A program made the position numbers and the translations under genes. A stretch of 64,000 nt of DNA, taken from NCBI GenBank assembly GCA_019058445.1, contig JAHPZA010000006.1, positions 832,001 through 896,000 of the forward strand. Direction: 5' to 3'. Each line of letters opens with the position of its first letter. Position 1 is the first letter of the stretch. This document shows, one piece after another, positions 30,030-39,981 of the stretch. The notes below the pieces were generated by a model, which had not been told where the DNA came from, made no database searches, and worked only from the letters and a program-made list of their open reading frames with translations. Source of the stretch: Promethearchaeota archaeon. GTDB lineage: Archaea; Asgardarchaeota; Lokiarchaeia; Sigyniarchaeales; SOKP01.

Positions 30030-31769
30030 TTATTTTCGTAGTACTTTCTTATCAACCTTGCCTACAGCAGTAAGAGGAATCTCTTCCATGATATGAACTT
30101 TTTTGGGAACCTCGTAAGGAGAACACTTCTCTTTGGCGTAATTTACGATATCTTCTTGTAATTTTTCTTCGTTTCCATCATATTCGAATTCGGGATCAAG
30201 TTGAATGTATGCGTTTACAATTTCAGAACCCGGACGGTCGGGATTAGGTTCTCCAATAAGAGCAATCATCCCTATTGCTGGATGTTCGGCTAAAACGTCC
30301 TCGACTTTACTAGAGAATACTTTAAAACCACCAACAATGATCATATCTTTTGTACGATCCACGATTTTTAAGTATCCATCTTCGCCTATGAGTGCTACAT
30401 CTCCCGTGTGCATATATCCATCCGCATCAATAGCTTTTTTGGTTTCTTCAGGTTTGTTGTAATATCCTTGCATGACTAATGGCCCCTTTACACAGATTTC
30501 TCCTGGTTCTCCTATAGGTACCACCTCTCCTGTGTCTGGATCAATTATTTTTAATTCTACGTTCTGAATAGGCATTCCAATCGTACCTAATTTCTTTTCT
30601 CCTAAGGAAGGATTCATTGTTGAGACCGGAGATGTCTCCGTCATCCCATATAACTCTAATAGCTTGCCTTCCCCTATTATACTCTCTAATTCTACTTGAG
30701 ATTCTTTAGGAAACGGAGACGCGGCTGAGATACACGTTCCTAAGTCGGAATGATCCAAATCTTTAAACTTAGGGTTTTTGATTAGCATTTGATATAAGGA
30801 AGGAACGTTAACTAAATTGGTTGGATGGTATTTCTTCATCTCTTTTACGATATGGTTTGTATCTCTCGGGTTTGGAATTTATACTAGAGAGACGCATGTT
30901 CTCTCAATTAATATTTGCGTCCACCCGAAGTATACGGCACTTTCGGCGACCGTTAATCCGGCTATGTGAAACATAGGGAACCCAGAGCATAAAACACCTT
31001 TTCCAAATTCCCATTGAAGCCACTCTGAAATGCTTAAAATATTAGACGCGACATTTCTATGAGTTAACATAGCTCCTTTTGGCGGACCCGTCGTCCCTCC
31101 AGTATATTGAATCCAACCTATATCGTCTGGAGTTAATTTAACGTCTGGTGGATCAGAAGAGAATTCTCCTTTTAATACATCCTTGTGGAAATCTAGTACA
31201 GTTTTTCCCTCTAAAGGTGTGACTTTTCCCTTTGGTATTTTACCTAAAGCTTTACCAAGCACTTGAATTACTTTTGGCAAGAACGACCCGACACTTGTGG
31301 TAATAATAAGTTTGGTTGAACCTAATTTTGAAGCAATTTTTGTAATGTGCCCCGCAAAAATTGCATCTAATGTCACCAACGCTACTTGTTTTCCCCCTGA
31401 ACCTAGATCGTTTAACTGATATTCGATCTGTAGGGCAGACAGAAGGGGCGAGACACCTGAAATTATGCATCCCGCACGTAGAGCGCCAATTAATGAAACT
31501 ATATACTCAATAGTATTTGGTAAATTGATACCAACGACATCTCCCTTTTTAAAGCCATTTGCGACGAGCATATTTGCAAATTTATTGGCCATTTCGTCTA
31601 ATTCTTTGAATGTTATTTCAACGCCTAAATACGCTAACGCGATTTTATCTGGATAATTCTGAAACGCTTTCTTAATCATGTCAACGTAGGTCGTTTCGAA
31701 TTCTTTAGGATCTAAGTCCTTAACGTGCGGATCCCAATTTTTCTTCCAAAATTTATCACTATACGACAT
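30030..31769 (-). CDS. fadD: Long-chain fatty acid-CoA ligase 1; two exons (31769-30909 and 30878-30030), 569 aa after splicing
   Basis: Exon 1 has YTGGTTGPPKG and PMFHIAG; exon 2 has YGMTET, GEICVKGP, TGD, DRTKDMI, GKVDKK; removing 30879-30908 gives continuous GWTQILIPNPRD. Confidence 0.88.
30879..30908 (-). other. Putative 30-nt BHB-type mRNA intron
   Basis: mRNA: AA[AUAU](UA^A)UUGAGAGA-acaugcg-UCUCUCUA[GUAU](AA^A)UU; 4-bp central helix, two 3-nt bulges; excision restores frame; ends in in-frame UAA. Confidence 0.8.
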
Positions 31770-32104
31770 TTTCGCTAGTAACCTTTTTTTTGTTTTAAAA
31801 TTTTTACATTATTTTCTAATTTTTTAAATAAAGCAATTGTTACTAGTTAATATTGATAAAATCAGTTATAAAGTTTTAATTTTAGAGTCTTCAATTTAGA
31901 TTTGATCAATTTTTCTTTTTTTGTAAATATTGGTTGCTTAAAAAATCAAACAAATCAATTTCTAGCATTATATATGTTAGATTATCATTTGAGTTTGAGT
32001 AATTAAAAAATAGAGTTATAAATATCTTTTAGAGTGTATTAATTTATATAATCTAATTCTTAAGTTAATATTAAGATTAAAAATTTTCTTAGGTTAAACT
32101 AACC

Positions 32105-32671
32105 GTGGTTGAATATTATTGTCATTATTGCAATAAGAATGCAAATGCAAATAAAAAGAACTCGCCAATATGCAAAATTTGCGGGTTTTATATGTCATCG
32201 GGGGCTAAGTTAGATGAGGAAATTTTGAGAATCCAACAAGAGAGGATGGGATATTGTAAAAAGTGCGGGAAAGAGGTGTATAGTGTTCCAATAAAAGTAA
32301 TTAAGGATGTAGTACGACATCGGTTTAATCAAGAAATTCATATTGTCGAGGCTGATCGTAAAAATGTGAAAAGAATGAAGCTTACCGATAGCAAATTCTT
32401 ATACGTAACAATTGTAATGATTCCTGTGTTTATCGTGGTATCAATGATTTTGCTGTGGTTAGGGTTGTTGCTAATCGGAGCGTTTACAGTGGCGTTAATT
32501 TTGGATTATCACAACAAAAGCAAGTTAAAAACAGATTTAGTAGCTATACGAGATAATAAGATTAAGAATTTGACCGAAGAGAAGCAAAAAGCGTTAAATG
32601 AGCTTTCGAAAGCTGAGCAAGATTATAAAAATTTATGTAGTGTGTGCGATGGGGGGGTAAAACCTCGTTAG
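32105..32671 (+). CDS. Zn-ribbon membrane protein
   Basis: CHYC, CKIC, CKKC, CSVC plus a two-TM hairpin. Confidence 0.7.
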   Translation: MVEYYCHYCNKNANANKKNSPICKICGFYMSSGAKLDEEILRIQQERMGYCKKCGKEVYSVPIKVIKDVVRHRFNQEIHIVEADRKNVKRMKLTDSKFLYVTIVMIPVFIVVSMILLWLGLLLIGAFTVALILDYHNKSKLKTDLVAIRDNKIKNLTEEKQKALNELSKAEQDYKNLCSVCDGGVKPR

Positions 32672-32923
32672 GCATTCTTATTTTTCTTTCTAACTTTTTT
32701 TATATTAGGTATGATTTATGAATTTGCGATCTAGTGGTTCACTAAATTTAGCTAAAATAAGGATAAAAATAATTGAAAGATAGTAAAATAAGCAGACCTG
32801 AAAAAAGTTAAAGAAACAAGCAAAAAAATAGTAGGATAATTTCACAAAAAAAAGCGAATAATAAATTAAAATTATAAAATTTTTTTTTAAAAATTTACAG
32901 TCTATTTCTTTAATTAACCATAT

Positions 32924-34063
32924 TCAAGAATTATTAATTTTTACATTCCTTTCTCTTAAAATCTTTATTGAACTATTAAAAGCATTAAAATTTTCTAAAT
33001 TTATCCAAAGTCTTTTTAATGAATAAAAATAGGTAAGCGAATCAGGGAGTTTTCTGAAATTATTAAAACTTATATCTAATTCTTCAAGCGAATTAAGATC
33101 TGATATTGAAGCTGGTAAGTTTAGTAAATTGTTTGATCTTAGACCAAGCTTTTTAATTGACACAAGATTTCCCATAGATTCTGGCAATTCTGTCAAATTG
33201 TTAAAATTCAAGATCAAAGTATGAAGTGTTTTGATATTTCCTATGGAACTAGGAAGATATATGAGATTATTCCTATTTAAAAATAACTCTTTTAACTGAC
33301 CAAAATCACCTATAGTATCTGGAAGAGTCTCTAACTGATTCCATCCGAGATTTAAAGATTCTAGTGAATCTAATTCTATAACAATCTCGGGAAATACTTT
33401 AAATTGATTAGAAAATAAATCTAAAGATCTTAATGAACACAGATTTAAAAAAGTATCTGGTATGACACTTAATTGATTCCTTCCTAGTAAAAGCTCTTTA
33501 AGAGAAGTAAGCGAATCTAATCTATCAATTTTTGCCAAATTATCAATATATCTATTTCGCAAATCTAATCTATTATTTAATACAATTCCATAAATTTTCC
33601 CTTTGAATAATACATAATCTAATCCAATTTCGTCCAGTATTGGTTTTAGCTCTCTTGTAGTAAAATTATTATATATTGGATCTTGGAGTAAATAACTTAC
33701 ATCATCAAGAGAATTATTTCTAATTTTGACTATAATCTCATTTTTAAATGTCTTTCTTGCAATCGTATCTCCTTTATTGGAAAGCTCTTCTAATATAGGA
33801 AATGCTAACTCTGATTGTAATAAATTGATATTATACTTGTTATCGACCCATTTTTTAAGTCTCTGATAAAAATATCTAAAAATTTCAACATTTGTGAGAC
33901 TTTCGATTGAAAATATATCAGAATCTATTAATCTAACTAAATCTTCTATAAAAAGTAAACCTTTAATGAATAAATTTATATTATTGCCTACCAACTTAAG
34001 AGTAATTAAATCATTAACTTTTTTACTTATAATACCATTAGACATAATTGAGTCTGATTTCAA
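32924..34063 (-). CDS. Leucine-rich repeat protein with Lokiarchaeia-type N-terminal domain
   Basis: About eight 23-aa LxxLxLxxNxLxxLP repeats; N-domain shared with 38496-39785. Confidence 0.9.
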   Translation of the reverse strand: MKSDSIMSNGIISKKVNDLITLKLVGNNINLFIKGLLFIEDLVRLIDSDIFSIESLTNVEIFRYFYQRLKKWVDNKYNINLLQSELAFPILEELSNKGDTIARKTFKNEIIVKIRNNSLDDVSYLLQDPIYNNFTTRELKPILDEIGLDYVLFKGKIYGIVLNNRLDLRNRYIDNLAKIDRLDSLTSLKELLLGRNQLSVIPDTFLNLCSLRSLDLFSNQFKVFPEIVIELDSLESLNLGWNQLETLPDTIGDFGQLKELFLNRNNLIYLPSSIGNIKTLHTLILNFNNLTELPESMGNLVSIKKLGLRSNNLLNLPASISDLNSLEELDISFNNFRKLPDSLTYFYSLKRLWINLENFNAFNSSIKILRERNVKINNS

Positions 34064-34129
34064 TAATTACAAATTTATTTTAAGACAATAAAATCAATAT
34101 TAATATTTAACTATTTAGCCCATTTTAGG

Positions 34130-37100
34130 TTATAATAACTCATCATTATAAAAGAAATAATAATCATATTCATGATGCCCGAGATAATGATTTTCTAAGA
34201 AATCACGGATTTTTGTTATAGATCTAGTTCTGAACCTTGACCTTAGAACACCTCTTAAATACCCAATCGCCTTGTCTATGACTTTTGGACCATCCCTGTC
34301 CAAACCAAGTTCTTGCGCTTTATCATCAATGAATCCGAGTTCATCAGCTATTTGAACTAAGCTAAGTGGTTTACCGTTATTATCTCTATAACGTATAAGG
34401 TTTTCTAGAAAAGGCTCTAAATAAATATGTCGCATTTTTGTCAATGGTCGATAGACAATAGCTTTAAGCTTATAAGAAATCCTTGTTATAGGATCTATCT
34501 CATATTTAAATGTATCAAAATATCTATTAAAAAGATGAGAAATATCGTCAGCCTCATAAAAGTCGCCTTTGTTCTCCCCTTCTTGCTTTCTAATACCTAA
34601 GGCCTTTAACCTATCAGCAATCTGATCTCTAGTTAACCCCTCCTTTACAAACTCTAATAAATAAGATCTAATAAAAAGATGTGAAGGATTATAGTTAACA
34701 ATATCAAGGCAAGTAGCGACACATTGCGCAACTATAGTTCTTTTTCCAAGTAATGAATCACCTCTCCCTAGATCATCAAATCTAAAGAAATGATTAGAAA
34801 TTTCTCTATCTGTCTTTCCTTGAGCACGTAGGGATTCTAAAATGGGTTTTATGTATATTTTCATTTGATCTTCATAAGACTTTTCAAACCACTGATAAAC
34901 TCTATTTTGAAGAGTTGTATATGATACTCCTATAATGGCGGCAGCATGTGTTAATGGCACCCCTCGCTTCATTAAAGAAATAACAAGATCTAAATCAATA
35001 TTTTTAAAATTCTCTGAAGGACTATCGATTAAATCCCCCACAATTTTATTATATTCTAAGTTGATATTTAAGTCATAACCTTTTTGATTTATCTTTCTAT
35101 TATAATAAATTGTCCAAAACTCTTCTGATTGCGTACCTTTTAGCGAACCTTCTTGTACATCAAGCAGCTTCATTACAAATACATCATTTGGATTTTTCCC
35201 GGAAGCTATAACCTCCCTCACATCATCATAAAATTTACCATTTCTCCCATGACGAGCTTTAGACAGATATTTAGCCCATCTTTGAGGTGGCGCTTCCTTA
35301 GTCTGACCTATTCGAACAAGCCCAGTTTCTTTATTAATGATAATATAGATATAAACTGGAGTCTTGCCTTTCTTTAAAATTGCATCAAAGATAGCCTTTA
35401 TCTGAGCTTCAGAATTTTTATTCCAAACACTATTCTTTAGGTTAATATTTTTAAATCGATTAGCATACTCGGACTTAATATTTTTAATAAACCATTTATA
35501 GAACTTTTGCGGGGACAGTTTAGATAATTTATCACCTCTTTTTTTTATTATCTCATCCCAAGTTTTATAATCATTTGCATCGATTTTGGAGTTCATCTTT
35601 ATATTAGAGCCGGAATCACCCATCGGACCAACATCAAGTGAAAATTTTATACCCGTCCTTTTAATAGCCTCAATAAGACCATACCTCGCAACAAGATAGT
35701 CCCATATTGAATCCGCTATTTTTAAAGGCAATAAAGGTTTTACAGAATCAGGGATTGCATACGAGTCATCTTTATAATTAAACCAGCGCAGCCTACTCCA
35801 TTTACTTGATTGCTCATCGTGCGCTTCATCCAGCTCGGGATAAGCAGCTAACATATTGGCTGTCATTAAGGTCAGCGCAGAAGCCTCATCTCCCGAAAAT
35901 TCTTCAATAACTTGCTGCACTCGGAATCGACCGATAAGCGCACCAAACGCTTTTTTTACAGGGACTTTATTAGCCCAATACGCAGAAACGGCTCCGGTAG
36001 AGATGGTACCTAAAGACGTAAATGCTGCAATCCCCGCCCCTAACACAGGAACCGCTAACACAGTAATGATTGTGGCTGCCGCTTTGGCAATAGTTCCTTT
36101 TGATGATGATTTGGCATCCTCTCTGGTCTGCTCGTCCTGCTCGGCAGTCTCTTTCATGGTATTACTACCGGTAGCGTCAATCTGTTGTTGGGCGTGCCCA
36201 TCTTGCTTAACATTCTGGGACCCTCCAAAAATACCGAATTTCGTCTCCCGACCTGTGGATACCAGAGTGGTGGCAGCCACTACCATATATTCATCGCCTC
36301 CCCATTGGCGAACAAGCCCGGCGGTCGCATCTTCAATATAGGGGTCGATAAAGACTTCTTCAAACGGCTCTGAAGCCACACTCCATAAAGTTAAGCCTTT
36401 CAGCCCTGCCGCACCGCCGATACCCGCGGTCAAGAGGGTGCTTACCACTGTAATGACGGTGGTATATGCGATTTCATCCAGTTTAGCTTGCGTCTCGGTG
36501 GCAATTTGGAATTGATAATAATATTCTAAAATGGCAGCCTGTACTGCTTGCATAGTGGCAATTTGCTCCATTTCTTCGCTGGTGAAGTTTCCCTTATCAT
36601 TAATGGAACGATATTTTTCGATATGAATTTCAAAAATCATATATGCAGTGATCAAGTGACCATATCGCTCCCAATAATCTTCATCCCAGGATTGTTCAAT
36701 CGCTTCCAATCGTCGATCTACTTTTTCGCAAAACTCTTGATATCTATCCGGGCTTAAGGTGAGCTCTCCAGAAGATGGATCAAATGTATAATCATCACTG
36801 TCCAGCGTTGCCACGAAAACTTTCTTAAAATTATCATTCTCATCATCATCATTGAACGATGACACCAAATACACGTCAATATCCTTAATTCCTTCTTGCA
36901 AAGTATCTTTGGGAACGATCTTCAAATCTTCTCCATCGCTTTTCTCCCAGATTTTATAAATCTTATCGTAAGTATAACTGCCTCCTATGGCTGAAATCTC
37001 ACTATACTCATCGCTAGATACAATGATCGGATAATCTTCATAAAACTCAGGAAGTGGTGAAGTGGGCTCTTCATTGGCAAACAACATAACCGGATAATAA

Positions 37101-38482
37101 TCATGCATGTAAGGAATAACCTTGTTTAAATCCCTATCTTTCTTGGCATCGGTAGTCTCGGCAACTGCCTGTTCTAAAAAGGCAATCGAGTTGTGCGAGT
37201 ATAAAATGGGATCTTGATATTCATAAAAGATATCATCTTCTTGCATATATTGGATTACTCGGGGATCATCAAAATCAGAATAGGCAATATAGCTTCTTGA
37301 TTGCATGCTATAATCCAAGTTCATTTTCTTGTAATTGGTAATAAATGGATCCCACCAATTTTCAGTGTCCCAATCAATCGAATCTAATCCAAGCATATTG
37401 GTCTTCCCTTCGCCCAAGTCTCCGTTCGCAGGAGCTAATACTATTTGCCCCTCATAGGTGTATTTCTCAGTCTCAAATACTACCGGCGCATAAATTCCGT
37501 TGGTAGTGCAAGTAAATGCGGTGGTCATCGTCTCGCCAAACCACTCATCAGACCACCATTTTCTGGACAAGGTTTTCTTTCCCCGATAATGCTCCGAATC
37601 ATGATACGTATAGGCTTTAATGTAATTTTCTTGCTCAGCAACATCCATCCACCCTTTCATGGTAGTGAGCATGGCATATACAGCCGCACCTCCTATAGGA
37701 GAGACATAAGTAGATATAACAGCCGAAATTAAAAGCGATTCAGTTTGCCACATAATATCGGCTTGGATTTGCTCGCAGGACAGGGACTCTAAGAAAGTAT
37801 TAAACGTAATCTCTTCCGCTTCTCTAATAAGTTGAGAGGCTGTACCCTCCCATTGTATCTTCCAGAGGTCATAAAGCGCGTCCGAAAAGGTAGGCTCCAG
37901 ATAATACCCCCCGAAGTCATCTTCGTGGTGGAACCCAATCAGTTCATTGTAAATGAGGTTTTTTACATTGAACACCCCTGCCTCTGTAGAATATCTATTT
38001 CTGCGAACTTGCCTTTGCACGATATGCTTACCGTGAGGGTTAAAATAGGCATCGCTATAATAATCGAATCCAACACCAATCATATCTCCAGAATCATCGG
38101 CAATAAATATTGTCTCGAAAAAGCCGTCACTATCGCCATCGTAATAGTAATAAGCCCCATCCGTCTTAGAAGGGTATTTACCCATATTATTATCGTAGTA
38201 TACCCCATCTTTAGGTGCTACCTTAATTGTATTTAATACAATATTCTCCTCATTTAGTCCGGACCAACTGCTATAACTGCTTGTTAAATCAAAAGTCTTA
38301 TTGGCGGTTAAAATATTTAATGTGGAAAATTCTCCATCAGCAAATTCCATAACCGTTTCATATAAGGCAGGCACATTATCATTATCATGAACCAGCGAAA
38401 GAAGCGGCTCTTTATTGGATATCTCAACCTCTACATCATTATAGCTATCATAATCATCTAAGTCATTGATAATAGTCTGCAC
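34130..38482 (-). CDS. Giant (probably 5'-truncated) polymorphic-toxin-like protein with C-terminal GIY-YIG nuclease and HTH-like domains
   Basis: Acidic N-part with YDGDSDGFFET, Gly/Ala-rich hydrophobic helices, then VYIYIIINKETGLVRIGQT...R and HTH-like segments. Confidence 0.7.
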   Translation of the reverse strand: MQTIINDLDDYDSYNDVEVEISNKEPLLSLVHDNDNVPALYETVMEFADGEFSTLNILTANKTFDLTSSYSSWSGLNEENIVLNTIKVAPKDGVYYDNNMGKYPSKTDGAYYYYDGDSDGFFETIFIADDSGDMIGVGFDYYSDAYFNPHGKHIVQRQVRRNRYSTEAGVFNVKNLIYNELIGFHHEDDFGGYYLEPTFSDALYDLWKIQWEGTASQLIREAEEITFNTFLESLSCEQIQADIMWQTESLLISAVISTYVSPIGGAAVYAMLTTMKGWMDVAEQENYIKAYTYHDSEHYRGKKTLSRKWWSDEWFGETMTTAFTCTTNGIYAPVVFETEKYTYEGQIVLAPANGDLGEGKTNMLGLDSIDWDTENWWDPFITNYKKMNLDYSMQSRSYIAYSDFDDPRVIQYMQEDDIFYEYQDPILYSHNSIAFLEQAVAETTDAKKDRDLNKVIPYMHDYYPVMLFANEEPTSPLPEFYEDYPIIVSSDEYSEISAIGGSYTYDKIYKIWEKSDGEDLKIVPKDTLQEGIKDIDVYLVSSFNDDDENDNFKKVFVATLDSDDYTFDPSSGELTLSPDRYQEFCEKVDRRLEAIEQSWDEDYWERYGHLITAYMIFEIHIEKYRSINDKGNFTSEEMEQIATMQAVQAAILEYYYQFQIATETQAKLDEIAYTTVITVVSTLLTAGIGGAAGLKGLTLWSVASEPFEEVFIDPYIEDATAGLVRQWGGDEYMVVAATTLVSTGRETKFGIFGGSQNVKQDGHAQQQIDATGSNTMKETAEQDEQTREDAKSSSKGTIAKAAATIITVLAVPVLGAGIAAFTSLGTISTGAVSAYWANKVPVKKAFGALIGRFRVQQVIEEFSGDEASALTLMTANMLAAYPELDEAHDEQSSKWSRLRWFNYKDDSYAIPDSVKPLLPLKIADSIWDYLVARYGLIEAIKRTGIKFSLDVGPMGDSGSNIKMNSKIDANDYKTWDEIIKKRGDKLSKLSPQKFYKWFIKNIKSEYANRFKNINLKNSVWNKNSEAQIKAIFDAILKKGKTPVYIYIIINKETGLVRIGQTKEAPPQRWAKYLSKARHGRNGKFYDDVREVIASGKNPNDVFVMKLLDVQEGSLKGTQSEEFWTIYYNRKINQKGYDLNINLEYNKIVGDLIDSPSENFKNIDLDLVISLMKRGVPLTHAAAIIGVSYTTLQNRVYQWFEKSYEDQMKIYIKPILESLRAQGKTDREISNHFFRFDDLGRGDSLLGKRTIVAQCVATCLDIVNYNPSHLFIRSYLLEFVKEGLTRDQIADRLKALGIRKQEGENKGDFYEADDISHLFNRYFDTFKYEIDPITRISYKLKAIVYRPLTKMRHIYLEPFLENLIRYRDNNGKPLSLVQIADELGFIDDKAQELGLDRDGPKVIDKAIGYLRGVLRSRFRTRSITKIRDFLENHYLGHHEYDYYFFYNDELL

Positions 38483-38495
38483 GTAATATTCTGGA

Positions 38496-39785
38496 TTATA
38501 CAGATCTGCAATTTCGTTTGGGAATATCCCATACTCGTATTGTTTTATGTCCTACTGATGCTATTATATTCTGTCCATTTGGGCTAAAATAGATTCGAGT
38601 AAAATCTGTTTTAGTTGACAATGTTTTGTAGATGGTTTTGGATGCAATATCCATGAGTACTACATCTCCTGTTTTTGTGGCAAATACAACATTTTTTCCT
38701 TCAGGAGATACATCAAACGGCACTAAATCATGAAAGGAAGTAAGTTTATCGAATAATTTTCCTGATTTTAAATCCCAAATAAAAAGCGCGCTATACGCAA
38801 TATCACCATCCACTAAACTTGCCAATAAGTAAGTGTTATCCCCCGAGAATTTAAGGCATCTCGCAGATGCGTGAGGAGTTTCACATTGAAAGATCACTTT
38901 TTTTTGGTTTGTATCCCATACGGCTATCCCTCCATTGTAAAATCCTAATCCTAAAAGAGTCCCATCTTGCGAAATTCCGATCTCATCTACTTTATCTTTA
39001 AAAGTATGTAAGTAATGCGCATACCCTCCAGAAAGTGTGTAATAAAATAATTCGTTATTTTCTGTGCCATAATATATCTTCTTTCCATCAGAGCTCACTT
39101 CAAAACCCTCTTCTGAAGCATTTTCTAAGAAGAACTCATCAAATGGTATATATATTTTAGTTTCTAAAGCATCATGCTGCATTTTTTTCAGAATTGTTTT
39201 TGCATGAGTGCTCTTTAGAATATTTTTTATAGCATTTTTAATGAAATTGGGATAATCAATGTGGGAAAAATCCATCTCTTCCAATACACTTTCCATCTCT
39301 TCTGCCGAAAGATATTCTAAATAATCGCATGCTAATAAATAATTCATCACGTTTTCATACCCTACGGCAAACCGCTTGGCAATCTCCTCTTTAAACACTT
39401 TTTTCGCGATGGGATCTCCGACGCTCTGAAGCTTTTTTAGCAAGCTAAACGCTAAATTCCTATGTAATAAATTAGTATTGTAGTTGTGCTCCGCCCACGC
39501 TTGGAGATTCGAACAATGCCCCCAAAATTCCACTCCTGGCTGAATCCCATGGTCGCTCGTTTTTCCGGTCTCAAGTGTACCGTCCAAATTTTCTGAAGCC
39601 TGGTCTATAGAGCTATATTCGTTGACTTTTACAAGATCCTCTGTGGGAATATTCATGAGGAGATATTTGCAATGCCCATAATAGCGCCCTTTAATATATA
39701 TATTGGTCTTTTTATTCTCCAGTTTTAAGGTAATATACTCATTAACCACAAATGGAGAGATATTTTCGGATTCTTTCACACTCAC
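38496..39785 (-). CDS. WD40-repeat protein with Lokiarchaeia-type N-terminal domain (possibly 3'-truncated)
   Basis: EFWGHCSNLQAW...LLHRNLAF...GDPIAKKVFKEEI N-domain; repeats SQDG..L....IAVWD, FSGD...FIWD, SPEG, FSPNG...IRVWD. Confidence 0.8.
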   Translation of the reverse strand: MSVKESENISPFVVNEYITLKLENKKTNIYIKGRYYGHCKYLLMNIPTEDLVKVNEYSSIDQASENLDGTLETGKTSDHGIQPGVEFWGHCSNLQAWAEHNYNTNLLHRNLAFSLLKKLQSVGDPIAKKVFKEEIAKRFAVGYENVMNYLLACDYLEYLSAEEMESVLEEMDFSHIDYPNFIKNAIKNILKSTHAKTILKKMQHDALETKIYIPFDEFFLENASEEGFEVSSDGKKIYYGTENNELFYYTLSGGYAHYLHTFKDKVDEIGISQDGTLLGLGFYNGGIAVWDTNQKKVIFQCETPHASARCLKFSGDNTYLLASLVDGDIAYSALFIWDLKSGKLFDKLTSFHDLVPFDVSPEGKNVVFATKTGDVVLMDIASKTIYKTLSTKTDFTRIYFSPNGQNIIASVGHKTIRVWDIPKRNCRSV

Positions 39786-39981
39786 GGTACATTGCCTTTT
39801 GATACTGAGAAATTAGTCTTGAAAGTTAATATCTACAAAAATATTTAAAGGAAAATTTTTCTGAAAATACTTAATGGATAGGGCATAATGATACTTTTTC
39901 ATTTAAATCATAACAGTCCTCATAGTAAATATTAATAGTATTTTTCATTACTTTATACAGATTTGAGAAAAAAGACAAAAT

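Noticed and set aside
38480-38540. Splicing that joins the WD40 gene to the giant ORF
   Set aside because: Only short palindromes (GGGATATTCCC, TGCAGATCTGTA) are present; I could not build a two-bulge/4-bp motif.
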